NCBI GenBank assembly: GCA_905233825.1
Contig: CAJOFE010000007.1
Location: 54,314 to 118,313, forward strand
Direction: 5' to 3'
Length of the DNA: 64,000 nt
Origin: an uncultured Prevotella sp.
GTDB lineage: Bacteria > Bacteroidota > Bacteroidia > Bacteroidales > Bacteroidaceae
In this document: positions 61,900 through 64,000 of the stretch, one piece after another
Position numbering within the stretch: position 1 is the first letter of the stretch
How the letters are laid out: each line of letters opens with the position of its first letter
Position numbers and translations under genes: made by a program
The notes under the pieces: model-generated
Databases searched by the model: none
The model's input: the letters and a program-made list of their open reading frames with translations, nothing else
Told to the model about the DNA's origin: nothing

Positions 61900-63570
61900 A
61901 TGAATATGAAACTATATAAGATTTCCTTCCTGATGGCCGGCGCCGCCCTGCTTACTGTGGGCTGTAACGACATCGACGAGCAGCTGCCTGAGGGCCATTA
62001 TCTGCACGCCGACCAGGTGACCGAGACCAACATGGCATTGCCTGCACGTATGCAGGCCAGCTTCGCCGGTGTGTTCAACATCATGGCAAAGCCCTACGCA
62101 GGATACCCCACCAGTAGCCGTGCCGATGACTTTGGCTTCGTGATGGCTGCCCTCTCGCTCGACTTGGAGGGTGCCGACGCCTTTGGCGGCAACAATAACT
62201 ACAACTGGTTCTCTACTGCCAGCGAGTACTCTAACCGCAACCCTAACTATGCCAACCCCTTCATTCGCTACAAGGTGCCCTACACCCAGATTGGTCTGGC
62301 CAACGAGTTCATCGCCTCGCTGCCCGAAGGCTCTGAGGACCCGAATGTCATCAACCAAATGGCACAGTGCCGTGTGGTGCGCGCATTCGACTACATGGCC
62401 CTGGCACCCTACTTCCAGTTTGGCTACGCCACAGCTGCCGACCAGCCCTGCGTGCCCCTGCTGAAGGATGGTGTGGACTTCACCGACAACCCTCGTGCTT
62501 CCGTGAAGGAGGTGTACGAGTATGTTATCGAGGAACTGACAGAGGCCATCGACCAGTTTAAGAAGGCCGGCATTGAGCGCACTAACCGCGCATACGTTGA
62601 CGAGCATGTGGCCTACGGCCTGCGTGCACGCGCCAACTTGGCCATCGGCAAGTATGCCGAAGCTGCTGCCGATGCCGCAGAGGCTGCCAAGGGCTTCAAG
62701 CCCGCCAGCATGGCAGACGTGAGCGAACCCGCCTTCTGCGACATCTCGAAAGAGGAGAACTGGATTTGGGGCATCAACGTAAGCAAGGCACTCATAGAGG
62801 GCAAGGAGTACTCCACATCTTCGTCGTGGATCTCAGCTTTCACGGGCGACGGCTACGGCCCTGCCACCGACAATGTTCCCCATATCAACACCCTGCTCTA
62901 CAACAAAATTCCCGATACCGACGTGCGCAAGGGATGGTGGCTTGACAAGGACAAGCACTCCCCCAACTGGGCTAAACTCACTTGGACAGACCCAGGTGAT
63001 AACACTGTGAAGGCTACAGGCGACGAGATTGCCGACTTTGAGACCAGCGACGGTGGCAAGGTGGCTTTCGAACCCTACACCAACATCAAGTTCGGTATGA
63101 AGAGCGGAGTTGGCTCTACCGTGAATGACAACGACTGGCCCCTGATGCGCGTGGAGGAGATGATTCTTATCCAGGCCGAGGGTCTGGCCAAGAGCGGACA
63201 GGAAGCTCAGGCCCGCCAGATACTTGAGGACTTCGTGCGCACCTATCGCGATCCTGAATACAGCAGCACAGGCCGTGGCCTGTCACTGACCGACGAGATA
63301 TGGTTCCAGCGCCGCGTAGAGCTGTGGTGCGAGGGTTTCTTCATGAGCGATGTCAAACGTCTGGGCAAGCCCATCGTGCGCTTCCATGGAGCAGGCACCA
63401 CCAACTTCCCCGAGGCATGGCAGTTCAACGTGGCTGCTGACAATGCCTATCTGAATATGCGCTTCCCCACTACCGAAATGAACAACAACCGCGGCATCAT
63501 CGACAACCAAGGTGGCAATCAACCTGTACAGGGCGACAACCCCACGCTGCGTGACGGCGTAACCGATTGA
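61900..63570 (+). CDS. SusD/RagB-family nutrient-binding outer-membrane lipoprotein
   Basis: 556 aa with lipobox LTVGC. It lies immediately downstream of the SusC-like gene, and its C-terminal block RVELWCEGFF is typical of SusD. Confidence 0.88.
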   Translation: MNMKLYKISFLMAGAALLTVGCNDIDEQLPEGHYLHADQVTETNMALPARMQASFAGVFNIMAKPYAGYPTSSRADDFGFVMAALSLDLEGADAFGGNNNYNWFSTASEYSNRNPNYANPFIRYKVPYTQIGLANEFIASLPEGSEDPNVINQMAQCRVVRAFDYMALAPYFQFGYATAADQPCVPLLKDGVDFTDNPRASVKEVYEYVIEELTEAIDQFKKAGIERTNRAYVDEHVAYGLRARANLAIGKYAEAAADAAEAAKGFKPASMADVSEPAFCDISKEENWIWGINVSKALIEGKEYSTSSSWISAFTGDGYGPATDNVPHINTLLYNKIPDTDVRKGWWLDKDKHSPNWAKLTWTDPGDNTVKATGDEIADFETSDGGKVAFEPYTNIKFGMKSGVGSTVNDNDWPLMRVEEMILIQAEGLAKSGQEAQARQILEDFVRTYRDPEYSSTGRGLSLTDEIWFQRRVELWCEGFFMSDVKRLGKPIVRFHGAGTTNFPEAWQFNVAADNAYLNMRFPTTEMNNNRGIIDNQGGNQPVQGDNPTLRDGVTD

Positions 63571-63622
63571 ACATTGAGTATTGAACATTGAATAATATTG
63601 ATAATTGAAAATTATTTGCACT

Positions 63623-64000
63623 ATGAAGATAAATAAGATATTCCTGTTCGCTACACTGGCTTCGGCTGCCCTGTTCACGGCATGTAGCGACAACGATGAT
63701 GACTATGCCGGCCCAGGCGAATGGAACGCCACTGCCGACTATGCCAACATCTACTTCAAGCAGACCAGTTTCTCAGAGAGCGTGGATCCTACGGCTCCCA
63801 CAGAGGCCAGCTTCCAGGTTTACCGCCGCGTGCAGCATGAGTACACTTGGGGCAAGGACTCCGAGGGCAACGACTCTATTACGGGCGACAGAATTCTCAC
63901 CTCACTACCCGCACGCACCGTGAAACTCGACATCGTCGAGAACACCAACAACGTGTTCAAGATCTCTGATGCCGCCTTCGCTGAAGGCGACACCGTGGCC
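63623..64000 (+). CDS. PUL-associated surface lipoprotein, N-terminal fragment (continues beyond the window)
   Basis: The ATG is at 63623 and the lipobox is LFTACSDNDDD. The frame stays open to the window end. It is absent from the ORF track because no stop is reached. Confidence 0.6.
   Translation, partial: MKINKIFLFATLASAALFTACSDNDDDYAGPGEWNATADYANIYFKQTSFSESVDPTAPTEASFQVYRRVQHEYTWGKDSEGNDSITGDRILTSLPARTVKLDIVENTNNVFKISDAAFAEGDTVA

Noticed and set aside
1-64000. Mobile elements, prophage, integrase/transposase, toxin-antitoxin or known defence-system genes.
   Set aside because: None of the ORF translations shows transposase, integrase, reverse-transcriptase, Cas, restriction-modification or TA hallmarks. 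The only accessory-looking block is the pilus / giant adhesin locus.

Overview
This is a Bacteroidota chromosomal segment, Prevotella/Segatella-like by eye. Supporting signs are TAnnTTTG -7 promoter boxes before most genes, T9SS components and cargo, a SusC/SusD pair, type V pilin-like lipoproteins and meso-DAP dehydrogenase. I see no rRNA, tRNA, CRISPR array, transposase or integrase. Most of the window is housekeeping: metF, holB, a flotillin, sprA, ruvA, rsmA, pepD, corA, ddh, nadB, nrdDG, dacB, acd-etfAB, an ABC importer, an SNF transporter and an M23/LysM peptidase. The stand-out locus is 30.5-43.6 kb. It is a type V (Mfa/FimA-like) pilus operon (DUF3575 barrel, anchor-like lipoprotein, two fimbrillin-like lipoproteins) that ends in a 3,047-aa protein. 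That protein has a Sec signal and a T9SS C-terminal sorting domain, and is built from about eight copies of a two-part repeat I cannot assign to any named family. The locus has a dense upstream regulatory region. Other items worth a second look: a family of ~22-bp palindromic-unit arrays at five gene ends; a promoter-plus-terminator-bounded ~205-nt candidate sRNA; a UvrD-like helicase with an internal DEDDh exonuclease; word-stutter tracts at gene boundaries, two of them inside CDSs, including a perfect 14-bp tandem duplication; near-leaderless promoter-to-ATG spacings; and a T9SS-sorted M60-like peptidase paired with a tandem SGNH esterase. All calls come from reading the sequence and recalling family hallmarks. 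No searches were run.
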